Both the position numbers and the translations under genes were made by a program. DNA of 64,000 nt from positions 64,001 to 128,000 of the forward strand of contig JBMNFL010000001.1 of the NCBI GenBank assembly GCA_050949315.1. The letters are read 5' to 3'. Positions 44,211 through 54,160 of the stretch are shown here, piece after piece (within the stretch, counting starts at the first letter, position 1; every line of letters starts with the position of its first letter). The stretch is from Bacilli bacterium. Lineage in GTDB: Bacteria > Bacillota_I > Bacilli_A > RFN20 > UBA1709. The notes under the pieces are model-generated. The model was not told the origin of the DNA and ran no database searches. It was given only the letters and a program-made list of their open reading frames with translations.

Positions 44211-45128
44211 TTATTTATAACTAGGAACACGAAAACGCCCTTTTATAAATCGAATAGGAGAAACCATTGTAAAAGCTTGTTCATCAACTTGTTCGATTAG
44301 TTTAACTAGGTTGCGAACCTCATTTTCTAAAACAATGGTACGAAGTTCGTAACGCTTATTTCCGGTATAGGCCCCTTCACATTCATAGATGGTCACACCG
44401 TGATGGGAGGTGCTAAAAAGCATATTAGACATTTCCTCTTTTTTATTAGTAATTATAGAAATCATCATTTTATTGTTACGAATATAAAGGACATTGATCA
44501 TGACACTACTTACATACATAAAGACAATGGTATAGAGCATAGCTGTCCATTCTTGGAAGATAATGCCGCCGACAATTAAGATACAAGCGTTGATGATAAA
44601 ACTATAAATACCAACTTTACGACCTTTTTTAATACCGATTAGGGTGATGATAATATCCACTCCACCCCCAGAAGCCCCAGAATTTAGGGAAATACCGGTA
44701 CTAGTACCTCCTAAAACTCCACCAGCAAGGGCAATCAACAATAAGTCGTTTTGTGAATTTAGACCGACAAAACTGAAAAAGTCTTGGGGAATGATAGAGA
44801 TTAAAATTGAAGTTAAAGCGACAGTGATAATAGAGAATAGAGCATAGAAACGCCCGATTTTTTTATAGGCAATAATGGCTAGTGGTAAGTTTAAAACAAA
44901 ATAAAAAATAGAATACCAAAGCGCTTGATTGCCACCTGCTTGATGAATAACTTTGGCAATGATTAAGGCAACCCCTGAAACGCCACCAGCTAACAAATGA
45001 GAACCAGGTGCTTGAATGAAGCAGCGAATTGCAATAGCGTAAAGTACAGCCGCCGCTATCGAAGATAAAGACATCCGCAACCAGTCTTTTTTAGTTAAAT
45101 TTGGTCTAGCAACTTTACTCATTTTCAT
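44211..45128 (-). CDS. YitT family membrane protein
   Basis: GGVSG, ASGGGVDII, C-terminal DUF2179-like GAYTG/DEQAF. Confidence 0.88.
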   Translation of the reverse strand: MKMSKVARPNLTKKDWLRMSLSSIAAAVLYAIAIRCFIQAPGSHLLAGGVSGVALIIAKVIHQAGGNQALWYSIFYFVLNLPLAIIAYKKIGRFYALFSIITVALTSILISIIPQDFFSFVGLNSQNDLLLIALAGGVLGGTSTGISLNSGASGGGVDIIITLIGIKKGRKVGIYSFIINACILIVGGIIFQEWTAMLYTIVFMYVSSVMINVLYIRNNKMMISIITNKKEEMSNMLFSTSHHGVTIYECEGAYTGNKRYELRTIVLENEVRNLVKLIEQVDEQAFTMVSPIRFIKGRFRVPSYK

Positions 45129-45294
45129 TTAATTCCCTTCATTGTATAAATATGGTAGCCTACGCCCCCAAAAAAGTAAAGATGGAATCAATCTAAAAAC
45201 TTCAAAAAAGTTTAAAGAGGGCTTCAATTTTGGTAAGCATGATTTTTTTGGGTTTTTATTGCTATTTTCTTGACTATCTTTTATAATTTACACT

Positions 45295-45503
45295 GTAAAT
45301 CGTTGATTAAGCAAAGTACTTGAACTTTAGATAGAGACTTAGTGTTTGGTGAAAACTAAGAAAGTGAAAGTATCGGCCACTTAGGAGAGGGTCTAACCAA
45401 CCACGTCTAACCGCGTTAAGGTCAATCAAGGGCATAGGTTTTCCTATGAACTAGGATGGTACCGCGAGCAATCGTTCCTAGAACTGTTTTAGGAACTTTT
45501 TTC
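45295..45503 (+). promoter_or_regulatory. Ala T-box riboswitch with terminator
   Basis: AGAGA/GGTGAAA stem I motifs, specifier GCC 45376-45378, AGGATGGTACCGCG 45453-45466, GTTCCTA/TAGGAAC+T; promoter TTGCTA-17-TATAAT. Confidence 0.9.
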
Positions 45504-45522
45504 ATAAGGAAGGATGATTTTT

Positions 45523-48135
45523 ATGCGCAAGATGACAAGTACTGAAATTCGCAACACTTGGTTAAACTTTTGGGCCTCAAAAGGGCATATGATTGAACCA
45601 GGCGCTTCTTTAGTGCCGGTCAATGATCCAACATTACTATGGATTAATGCTGGAGTTGCGGCCTTAAAGAAATATTTTGATGGTTCATCTAAACCAAGTA
45701 GTAACAGAATTGCTAATGTTCAAAAGTGTTTACGAACTAATGATATTGATAATGTCGGTTTGACGGCGCGTCATCACACCTTTTTTGAGATGCTGGGGAA
45801 CTTTTCCATTGGCGATTATTTTCGTAAAGAAGCCATCGCTTGGGCTTATGAGTTATTGACTTCGGAAAAGTGGTTTGCTCTTGATAAGGATAAACTTTAT
45901 TTTACAGTTCATCCAGATGATCATGAGAGTAGAGAGTTTTGGTTAGCTCAAGGTGTTAAGGAAGATCATGTAATCAGCTGTGCAGGCAATTTCTGGGAAA
46001 TTGGTCCTGGACCTTGCGGCCCTGATAGCGAGGTTTTCTATGATCGCGGTGAGAAATACGATCCTAAAAAGCTTGGTCTTCGTTTGATAAGTGAAGAAAT
46101 TGAAAATGATCGTTATATTGAAATTTGGAACATCGTCTTTAGTCAATATAATTCTAAAGAAGGGCTTAAGCGTTCAGAATATCCCGAACTACCGCAGAAA
46201 AATATTGATACGGGAGCCGGTTTAGAGCGTTTTGCCTGTGTTTTACAAGGTACGGAAACTAATTTTGGAACCGATTTATTTTTACCAATTATCAAGAAAG
46301 TAGAAAAGTTTGCCAAATTAAAATATAATAAGAAAAATGAACTTTCCTATCATGTGATTGCCGATCATATTAGAACTTGCACCTTTGCTTTAGCCGATGG
46401 GGCCCTGTTTTCTAATGAGGGGCGTGGCTATGTTTTAAGGCGCTTGTTGAGAAGGGCGGTCCGCCATGCCAAAAATTTAGGTATTGAAGAAAACTTTATG
46501 GCTGAGTTATGCCCTGTCGTGGTGGAGATTATGCAAGAATCCTATCCATACTTAAAAGAACGCTTAGAACAGGTACAAAAATTGATTAAGGCGGAGGAAG
46601 AAAAGTTTGAGAAAACTCTTAATGCCGGGGAACAATTGTTGTTGAGTTATCTAGAAACTAAACCTGAAAGAATAAGTAAAGACGTAGCCTTTAAACTCTA
46701 TGATACTTATGGCTTTCCACTAGAATTAACCGAAGAAATCGCTAAGGAAAGAAAACTAGAAGTTGATAAGGAGGGCTTTAAAGAAGAGATGGCTAAACAG
46801 AAAGAAAGAGCAAGAAATGCTCGTCTTAAAGCTAGTTCCATGCATCTACAGTCTAAAGATTTATTAGAGTTTGTCACGCCCTCAGAGTTTATCTATGATG
46901 GCAAACCTATAAAAGCGAAAATTATCGCTTTGTTTAAGGATGGCAAACTGGTTGATAAATTGGTTGATAATGGTGAAGTTGTTTTTGATCGCACCATCTT
47001 TTATGCCGAAAGTGGTGGTGAGGTCGCTGATTCAGGTTATATCAAGGCCAGTGGTGGAGAAATACTAGTAGAGGCGGTTAATAAGGCGCCTAATCATCAA
47101 CATTTACACAGTGTTGACACTCAGGGCTGTGTGTTAAGTGTTGGTGAAGAAGTTGAACTAGAAATTGATATGTTAAAGCGGCAAAGAATCATGCGTAATC
47201 ACTCCGCCTGTCATTTGTTACAGAAGGCTTTACAAGAAGTACTTGGTTCACATGTTAGCCAAGCCGGTTCTTACGTTGATGATCAAAAACTCCGTTTTGA
47301 CTTTAATCACTATGAGAAAATAAGCAATGCACAACTAAGAAAAGTTGAAGAGCGGGTAAATGAGATTATTGATCAAGCTTTGATGTCGGATATTCGTTAT
47401 TTACCTATTGAAGAAGCCCAAAAAATGGGGGCGATGGCTTTATTTGGTGAGAAATATGGTTCAGTCGTTCGGGTGGTAAATTTTGGTGATTGGTCCATTG
47501 AACTGTGCGGTGGCTGTCATGTTCAAAATACTGCCGATATTGGCGTTTTTGCCATTGAATTTGAAGAGAGTATCAGTTCAGGGGTGAGGCGAATTCAGGC
47601 TGAAACAGGACTTGGAGCCTATCACTTGTTAAAGTCACGCGAGGATCTTTTACAAGAAGTAGCAAATAAACTAGAGGCCTCTTCACTACTAGAGGTCAAT
47701 GATCGTTTAGATGGTAAATTGCGTGAATTAAAAGAGAGTAAGGCGGAGATCGAAAAACTCGATCAAGAAATTGCCCACAATCTAGCAAGGGAATTAGAAA
47801 GTCAGGCTCTTTATCCTAAAGGCTATCCAGTGATTATCGGCCTTTTAGATGATGTTGATAAGAGCTTACCACTTAAAATTTTAGATTTGTTAAAATCTAG
47901 GCATTCGCAATATTTTATTTATTTGATAAATAAGAATGAAGAACGTTTGGCCCTGTTAGCCGCTTGTAGCCGTGACTTAGCTCGCCAAGGCTTGCATTGT
48001 GGCAAGATTATTCAAGCGACGGCCAAACTCTGTCAGGGTAATGGGGGAGGGCGGCCTGAAATGGCCCAAGCCGGTGGCAAAGATATCAGTAAAGTTGACG
48101 AGATTATTGATTATGTAAAGGAACTTTTTAAGTAA
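45523..48135 (+). CDS. alaS: Alanine--tRNA ligase
   Basis: RHHTFFEMLGNFS, NHSACH, ELCGGCH, GGGRPEMAQAGG (start 45523 or 45514). Confidence 0.97.
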   Translation: MRKMTSTEIRNTWLNFWASKGHMIEPGASLVPVNDPTLLWINAGVAALKKYFDGSSKPSSNRIANVQKCLRTNDIDNVGLTARHHTFFEMLGNFSIGDYFRKEAIAWAYELLTSEKWFALDKDKLYFTVHPDDHESREFWLAQGVKEDHVISCAGNFWEIGPGPCGPDSEVFYDRGEKYDPKKLGLRLISEEIENDRYIEIWNIVFSQYNSKEGLKRSEYPELPQKNIDTGAGLERFACVLQGTETNFGTDLFLPIIKKVEKFAKLKYNKKNELSYHVIADHIRTCTFALADGALFSNEGRGYVLRRLLRRAVRHAKNLGIEENFMAELCPVVVEIMQESYPYLKERLEQVQKLIKAEEEKFEKTLNAGEQLLLSYLETKPERISKDVAFKLYDTYGFPLELTEEIAKERKLEVDKEGFKEEMAKQKERARNARLKASSMHLQSKDLLEFVTPSEFIYDGKPIKAKIIALFKDGKLVDKLVDNGEVVFDRTIFYAESGGEVADSGYIKASGGEILVEAVNKAPNHQHLHSVDTQGCVLSVGEEVELEIDMLKRQRIMRNHSACHLLQKALQEVLGSHVSQAGSYVDDQKLRFDFNHYEKISNAQLRKVEERVNEIIDQALMSDIRYLPIEEAQKMGAMALFGEKYGSVVRVVNFGDWSIELCGGCHVQNTADIGVFAIEFEESISSGVRRIQAETGLGAYHLLKSREDLLQEVANKLEASSLLEVNDRLDGKLRELKESKAEIEKLDQEIAHNLARELESQALYPKGYPVIIGLLDDVDKSLPLKILDLLKSRHSQYFIYLINKNEERLALLAACSRDLARQGLHCGKIIQATAKLCQGNGGGRPEMAQAGGKDISKVDEIIDYVKELFK

Positions 48136-48566
48136 TGCGCATTTTAGGTTTGGATTTAGGGACAAAAACCTTAGGGATCGCTATTTCCGATGAGCGAGAG
48201 ATTATCGCAACCGGTTTAGAGAATTTTGAATTTAAACCTTTTGACTTTAAAGCCGCTTACCAGCGGGTCCAAGAGATAGTAGAACTTTATAAAGTCCAAG
48301 AGATTGTCATCGGTTTACCCTATCATTTGCATGGAGAACAGAGCAAAGGGGTTGAGATGGTCCTGCGCTTTAAGGCCCAGTTAGAAGAAGAACTTAAGTT
48401 GCCAGTTGTCACTTTTGATGAACGCTGGACTACTAAAATCGCTACTTCCTATCTTTTGGAAGCGGATGTTTCGCGCAAGAAACGTAAAAAAGTTATTGAT
48501 AAATTAGCGGCAGTGGTTATTCTCCAAGATTATTTAGATCGAAAGGGGCGAAAAAAAGATGGTTGA
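48135..48566 (+). CDS. ruvX: YqgF/RuvX pre-16S rRNA nuclease
   Basis: LGLDLGTKTLGIAISD, DERWTT, DKLAAVVILQ. Confidence 0.94.
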   Translation: MRILGLDLGTKTLGIAISDEREIIATGLENFEFKPFDFKAAYQRVQEIVELYKVQEIVIGLPYHLHGEQSKGVEMVLRFKAQLEEELKLPVVTFDERWTTKIATSYLLEADVSRKKRKKVIDKLAAVVILQDYLDRKGRKKDG

Positions 48567-48828
48567 TGAAGAACGTAAACTAACAGTCGTATTAGATGAC
48601 GGCAGTGAAAAGGACATGGAAATCATTTTAACTTTTAGGGAAAATGGTAAAGACTATGTCGTTTATTACGATCCAGACGATCCTAACGAAGAGACAGATA
48701 TTTATGTAGCGACTTATGATGATGAATGGAATCTATACCCTTTAGAAAGTGAAGAAGAGTGGGATATGGTTGAAGAAGTTATCAACGCTTATTTTGATGA
48801 AATTCAAGATAAAGAGAGCGATCTTTAA
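48559..48828 (+). CDS. DUF1292 family acidic protein
   Basis: Acidic 89 aa, ESEEEWDMVEEV; conserved position after ruvX. Confidence 0.85.
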   Translation: MVDEERKLTVVLDDGSEKDMEIILTFRENGKDYVVYYDPDDPNEETDIYVATYDDEWNLYPLESEEEWDMVEEVINAYFDEIQDKESDL

Positions 48829-49017
48829 ATAGTGTTTATTCAGGGGTTCGGTCAAGATATACCAAATTGTTGAACCTTTGAAGTGTGCTGTTATTTTAAT
48901 TATTCCTTGTGGCGATTGAAACCCAATTGTTATTGATTTTATTTCCACAAAAATTTGTAGTATTATTGGCAAGAAAATGCTATAATCTACAAGGTCAAGA
49001 GAAATGAGGTTGTTTAG

Positions 49018-49488
49018 ATGGATAAAGAATTTATATTGACTAAAGAAGGGGTTGAACAACTCCAAGACGAATTAAAGAGACTTAAAGAGGTTGAACGGGC
49101 CGAAGTTGTTCAGCAATTAAGAGAGGCCCGTGCCCAGGGCGATTTATCCGAAAATGCTGAATATGATGCCGCTAGGAATAAGCAGGCGCAAATTGAGGGC
49201 CGGATTATTGAACTCGAAAATATGCTTTCTAATGCCCGCATTATTCATCCTAAAAATGGCGGAGTTAGAGTTGTGCGTTTAGGGGCGACGGTTGTCATTA
49301 AAAACCATAAGACGGGTAAAGAAAGTGAGTTTATCATTGTTGGTTCAGTGGAAGCCGATCCACGGCAGGGTAAAATTTCCAATGAATCTGCTTTAGCTAA
49401 GGCCATTTTAAATCACGGTCAGAACGAAACGGTAACCGTCAAAGCGGTTGAGCCTTATGAAGTTACAATCTTGAGTATTAAAAGATAA
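49018..49488 (+). CDS. greA: Transcription elongation factor GreA
   Basis: GDLSENAEYDAA, KISNES. Confidence 0.96.
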   Translation: MDKEFILTKEGVEQLQDELKRLKEVERAEVVQQLREARAQGDLSENAEYDAARNKQAQIEGRIIELENMLSNARIIHPKNGGVRVVRLGATVVIKNHKTGKESEFIIVGSVEADPRQGKISNESALAKAILNHGQNETVTVKAVEPYEVTILSIKR

Positions 49489-49514
49489 ATTTATAATAAA
49501 TAGGACTAATAAAT

Positions 49515-49540
49515 AGAACGCTGAGCGTTCTTTTTATTTT
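49515..49540 (+). terminator. Terminator after greA
   Basis: AGAACGC-tga-GCGTTCTTTTT. Confidence 0.75.
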
Positions 49541-49572
49541 TTAGGAATCTTTTTAGTTTATCTCTATGTTAT
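49540..49572 (+). promoter_or_regulatory. Putative alternative-sigma promoter of comEA-comEC (TTTAGGAA-N16-CTATGTTAT)
   Basis: Same motif and spacing upstream of recA (59250-59282, - strand). Confidence 0.6.
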
Positions 49573-49588
49573 TAATAGAGGTGATAAT

Positions 49589-50197
49589 ATGAAAACAATT
49601 TTTGTGGTAGTTGCTCTGACGGTCATTTTTATAATCGGTATGGTCGCTATTGAGAAAAATCGAACTCAGGGTCTAAATGAGGTTGAAATTTCTTATCAAC
49701 AGGCCTTAAAAGATTTAGAAATTGAAGATCGAAGGGCTACAGATGAGGAAAAGAGCAAGGAAACTGAAGAAGGTAGAGAGAAAAGTCAAGAAGAAAGTAA
49801 AGAGGAAAGCAAATTAGAAATTCAAGCCTCTATTAGTGGTGCTGTTAAAAAAGAGGGCACATACACTCTGACTGAAGATTCTTGTCTAGCAGATTTATTG
49901 GAGTTAGCTGGCGGCTTAAAAAAAGATGCTGATGAAAGTTGCTTTAATCTTGATTATCTTGTCCAAGACGACGATGATATTTATATTTCCAGTGTTAATT
50001 CCTTTGAAAAGATTTCTATCAATGAGGCGGATGCAAAAGAGTTAGATGAGTTGCCGACCATAGGAGCTACTTTAGCTAATCGGATTATTGAATATAGGGA
50101 GCAAAATGGTGACTTCACCTGTTTAGAACAGATTAAAAATGTCGAGGGTATCGGCGACAGTAAATTTGAAAAACTAAAAGATCGCATTTGCTTATGA
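49589..50197 (+). CDS. comEA: Competence DNA receptor ComEA (TM + SLBB + HhH)
   Basis: ISGAVKKEG, KISINEA, LPTIG, VEGIG. Confidence 0.92.
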   Translation: MKTIFVVVALTVIFIIGMVAIEKNRTQGLNEVEISYQQALKDLEIEDRRATDEEKSKETEEGREKSQEESKEESKLEIQASISGAVKKEGTYTLTEDSCLADLLELAGGLKKDADESCFNLDYLVQDDDDIYISSVNSFEKISINEADAKELDELPTIGATLANRIIEYREQNGDFTCLEQIKNVEGIGDSKFEKLKDRICL

Positions 50198-52215
50198 GCG
50201 AGGGGCTCTTTTTAGCACTAGCAGCGGGAATTTTAACCATCACCTTGAAGGCTAATTTCAATATTATTAGCCTTTTTTTGCTTGCTTTAATTTTACTATA
50301 TGCTTTATTTAAGAAACGTAAACTCTTACCACTGATTAGTTTGTTTATCTTGTTTTTCGCCCTTGTCTCCACTTTTGAAGTAGCATCTATCCCTCAAAAT
50401 TTAAAAGGGGATTTTAAAGTTTACGCGGTGCAGGAAAAATATTACTTACTTAAAGGTTTTAATCAGAAATTTGTTTGTTATAGTAAGGAGAAATTTAATT
50501 ATGGCAGCACAATTAGACTTGAGGGGAAAACAAAAAGTTTATCTGTTAAAAGGAGCTCATCTACTAGTAGTTTTAATGATTATCTTGCTAGTCAAGGCGT
50601 AAATTATGAGTTAGAAATAATAAATTATAAACTTTTAAATAAGGGGGATAACTTGCGTCCTAAGATAAAAAGTTTTCTAACTAGCAATCTAAGTGAAGAT
50701 TCAAGCAAGATGATTAGTCTTTTGTTACTGGGTGATAAAAAAGATCTGACTGATTTTTATAATAATTTAGTTGATTTGTCTATTGTTCAACTCTTTGTTA
50801 TCTCCGGCTTTCATTTAAATATTCTAAGTGCTTTATTTGAAAAGGCTTTCTATAAAAAAACGAAGTTACTCCTTTTTACACCTCTACTTTTGCTTCCCTA
50901 TCTTTGGTTGTTAAATTTTACTATTCCCGTGCTACGAGCCTTTCTTTTTTTAAGTCTGTGGCGCTTAATTAAATATTTTAATATCAATTGTAGTCGTCTG
51001 AGTTTACTGCTTTTAATTGCCACGGCTTTTTTGGTTTTTGACTACCATTTGATCTATAACCTTTCTTTTCAATTGAGTTTTAGTGTTTGTTTAATGATTG
51101 AACTTTTAAATTTAAATTCTCGCAGGACTTTAACTTTTAAATATCTAATTCGTCCCTTGCTTTTGCAGTTAGCAATTTGGCCTTTGTTAATGCGCATCAA
51201 TTATCAAGTAGCACCGCTGGCCTTTATTACCAATATTTTAATGACTTTACCTATTTCTCTACTTTATGTACTTTCTTTATTAACCTCAGTTTTTAAATTC
51301 TTGGATGCCATTTATTTTCCTTTTGTAAAAGGGATTATCAGCATTATTGAAGGGCTTACCAAAGTTAGTCCTGTTTTGATAACAGGTAGGCCGTATCCAC
51401 TGCTGGTTTTACTCTTCTATTTTACTCTTGCCCTTTTCCTTTATTTTTATAGTATAAATTATCATAAAAGGACTACTGTTTGCTTTGTTTTGCTTTTACT
51501 TACGATGACTTTGAACTGCTTTTATTATGATATTTTTAGTGTTGATCGGGTAGTCTTTTTAGATGTTGGGCAGGGTGATGCCACTCTTATTTGCAGTCGT
51601 CATAATAAAACAAAAGTCTTGATTGATACTGGTGGAAGTCTTTATTATGATGTTGCCAAAACGCGTTTAATTCCCTATTTGAAAGCTAATGGAATTAGGA
51701 GTTTAGATTTAGTGATAATAAGTCATCATGATGTTGATCACGATGGGGCATTAACATCTTTAATGGCTAGGTATCAAGTCAAGAAGACTTGTTATGGACC
51801 GGCGCATGAACATATTCGTTGTGACGAACTCCTTTTCAAGAATTTAAATCAATTTTATTCAAGTACCAGCCCTGATAATGAGAAGAGTGCGGTTCTTTAT
51901 TTTAAACACGCCGATCAAAACTTTTTAATAATGGGTGATGCTCCTATTAAGATTGAACATAAAATTTGTGAGAATTATAGTCTAGAGATTGATGTTTTAA
52001 GAATAGGTCATCACGGTAGTAAAACTTCCTCTTCAAAGGAGTTTTTAACAGTTTTAAAACCGAAAATTGCCATTATAAGTGTTGGTGTCAATTACTATGG
52101 TCATCCACATGCCGACTGTTTAAATAATTTAAGAAAAGCCCAAATTCCTTATTATCGAACTGATCAGGTGGGAAATATATTGATATCTAGCAAAGGAATG
52201 CAACTTAGAGTATAA
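50194..52215 (+). CDS. comEC: Competence DNA channel ComEC/Rec2
   Basis: ISGFH, FQLSF, DVGQGD, SHHDVDH, GHHGS. Confidence 0.92.
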   Translation: MSEGLFLALAAGILTITLKANFNIISLFLLALILLYALFKKRKLLPLISLFILFFALVSTFEVASIPQNLKGDFKVYAVQEKYYLLKGFNQKFVCYSKEKFNYGSTIRLEGKTKSLSVKRSSSTSSFNDYLASQGVNYELEIINYKLLNKGDNLRPKIKSFLTSNLSEDSSKMISLLLLGDKKDLTDFYNNLVDLSIVQLFVISGFHLNILSALFEKAFYKKTKLLLFTPLLLLPYLWLLNFTIPVLRAFLFLSLWRLIKYFNINCSRLSLLLLIATAFLVFDYHLIYNLSFQLSFSVCLMIELLNLNSRRTLTFKYLIRPLLLQLAIWPLLMRINYQVAPLAFITNILMTLPISLLYVLSLLTSVFKFLDAIYFPFVKGIISIIEGLTKVSPVLITGRPYPLLVLLFYFTLALFLYFYSINYHKRTTVCFVLLLLTMTLNCFYYDIFSVDRVVFLDVGQGDATLICSRHNKTKVLIDTGGSLYYDVAKTRLIPYLKANGIRSLDLVIISHHDVDHDGALTSLMARYQVKKTCYGPAHEHIRCDELLFKNLNQFYSSTSPDNEKSAVLYFKHADQNFLIMGDAPIKIEHKICENYSLEIDVLRIGHHGSKTSSSKEFLTVLKPKIAIISVGVNYYGHPHADCLNNLRKAQIPYYRTDQVGNILISSKGMQLRV

Positions 52216-52234
52216 TTATCACCGAGGTGATAAG

Positions 52235-53197
52235 GTGATTTATTTAATCCACGGGAGCCAAGAAGCGGTAATTGATCAAGAGGTTAAGAGAATAGTTAAC
52301 GAGAACCTGAAAGTTATTGATGATTTTTCCTTAATTCGTTTTGATTTGACTGCGACGCTTTTACAAGATGTCATCAGTGATGCGGAAACCATGCCTTTTG
52401 GTTTAGAAAAAAAAGTCATCGTCGTTAAGAATAGTTATATTTTCACCACTAATATCCTTAAAAAAGATAAATTAGAACACGACCCAAATAGTCTTATAGA
52501 TTATCTTGAACACGAAAATCCTGCCACCATTTTGATTTTTACCGTTTGCGCTGATCGGCTTGATAATCGCTCAAAATTAGTAGAGGCGCTTAAGGGAAAG
52601 GCTGAAATTAAAAAAACAGCCGACGTTAGCAAAGAAGATTGGCCAACGGTCATTCAAAAGTTGGCTAATAAGCGGGAGCTTAAATTTGAGAATAAAGCAT
52701 TAGAGGAGTTTATTAAAAGAACCCAAGGTGATATTAACACAGTCGTCAATGAATTAGAAAAACTTAAGACCTATGGTGGTCGGATAAGTTTAGAAGTTGT
52801 AGAAAGTTTAGTGGCCAGACCTTTAGAAGATAAAATGTTTGGTATGGTTGATGCTCTTTTAGCAAATCGTCCTGAACAAGCCACCGCTATCTATGATGAT
52901 TTAAGATGTCAAAATACCGACCCCGCCCAACTTGTTACGGCTTTGGCTAACCAATTTCGTTTTCTTTATAAAGTTCTCTATCTCAACGAGTCTGGTTTAA
53001 ATGTCAAGGAAATAGTGAAGGAATTAAATGTTGTCAACCCCTATCGTGTCAATATTTCGCTTAGAAAAACCAGAAACAAAACCAGCGTGGATATTTTAAA
53101 AATATTGGCGGAATTGGCTGAAATAGATTATCACACCAAAACAGGACAAGTCGATCGCTTTCAGGCTTTAGAATTGTTTTTGGTCAAGGAGCATTAA
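52235..53197 (+). CDS. holA: DNA polymerase III delta subunit
   Basis: IYLIHG, MPFG, NELEKL, KTGQ; follows comEC. Confidence 0.9.
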   Translation: MIYLIHGSQEAVIDQEVKRIVNENLKVIDDFSLIRFDLTATLLQDVISDAETMPFGLEKKVIVVKNSYIFTTNILKKDKLEHDPNSLIDYLEHENPATILIFTVCADRLDNRSKLVEALKGKAEIKKTADVSKEDWPTVIQKLANKRELKFENKALEEFIKRTQGDINTVVNELEKLKTYGGRISLEVVESLVARPLEDKMFGMVDALLANRPEQATAIYDDLRCQNTDPAQLVTALANQFRFLYKVLYLNESGLNVKEIVKELNVVNPYRVNISLRKTRNKTSVDILKILAELAEIDYHTKTGQVDRFQALELFLVKEH

Positions 53198-53209
53198 GGA
53201 GGGAAATGT

Positions 53210-54160
53210 ATGGAAAAAGTCCGGATTATTTTTATGGGGACACCGAAGTTTGCTACTACGGTTTTTCAAGGACTCATTGATGCTAATTATCAAATAATAG
53301 CCTTAATTTCGCAGCCTGATCGCCCAGTAGGTCGCAAGCAAATAGTAAAGCCAACGCCGACTAAAGCGATAGCGCTGGCTAATAATATTCCTGTGTATCA
53401 GCCAGAAAAGATTCGTCATGACTACGCCTTTGTTAAAGACTTAAAACCCGATTTAATTGTCACCTGTGCTTATGGTCAAATAATACCTCAAGCTCTTTTA
53501 GATATTCCGCGTTTGGGTTGTATCAATGTTCATGCTTCTTTACTGCCAAAGTTAAGGGGTGGGGCACCAATCCAACGCGCCATTATGGAAGGTTTAGACA
53601 AAACTGGTGTCACCATCATGGAAATGATTGATAAGATGGATGCTGGTAAAATGTATCTACAGGCCGAAACGCCGATAAATGATGATGACGATTATGCCAG
53701 TTTAGCAGCCCGTTTGGAAGTTCTTGGCCGCGATTTACTATTAAAATTTTTACCTTTGTACTTAGAAGGGAAAATTCAAGGTAAAGTACAGAACGAAGAA
53801 GAGGTTACTTTTGCTTGGAATATAAAAAAAGAAGAGGAAGAGATTGATTGGCGTAAAGATGCGCGAACTATCTTTAACCATATTCGAGCTTTGTCCCCTA
53901 AGCCTGGGGCTTATAGTTTGTTAAATGGTGATATCTTCAAGATATATCAATCAGAAGTAGTGGAGAATGAAAGTTTAAATAACCCGGGATCAATTTTAAA
54001 GTGCCACAAGGAACTTGTTGTCGCCTGTGGTAAGGGGAGTTTACGCTTATTAGAAGTTCAACCAGCTGGTAAGAAAAGCATGACGGCTAGCCAGTATGTC
54101 AATGGTTTTAAGCGCCAGTTAGAAAATAATAGATTTAGACGAGTTGAGGAAAAAGTATGA
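53210..54160 (+). CDS. fmt: Methionyl-tRNA formyltransferase
   Basis: [26 protein letters not shown]. Confidence 0.96.
   Translation: MEKVRIIFMGTPKFATTVFQGLIDANYQIIALISQPDRPVGRKQIVKPTPTKAIALANNIPVYQPEKIRHDYAFVKDLKPDLIVTCAYGQIIPQALLDIPRLGCINVHASLLPKLRGGAPIQRAIMEGLDKTGVTIMEMIDKMDAGKMYLQAETPINDDDDYASLAARLEVLGRDLLLKFLPLYLEGKIQGKVQNEEEVTFAWNIKKEEEEIDWRKDARTIFNHIRALSPKPGAYSLLNGDIFKIYQSEVVENESLNNPGSILKCHKELVVACGKGSLRLLEVQPAGKKSMTASQYVNGFKRQLENNRFRRVEEKV

Noticed and set aside
48742-49065. 107-aa minus-strand ORF
   Set aside because: Overlaps both DUF1292 and greA in antisense and has no recognisable features.
49745-49815. E/K/S-rich quasi-repeats in comEA
   Set aside because: Usual flexible ComEA linker.
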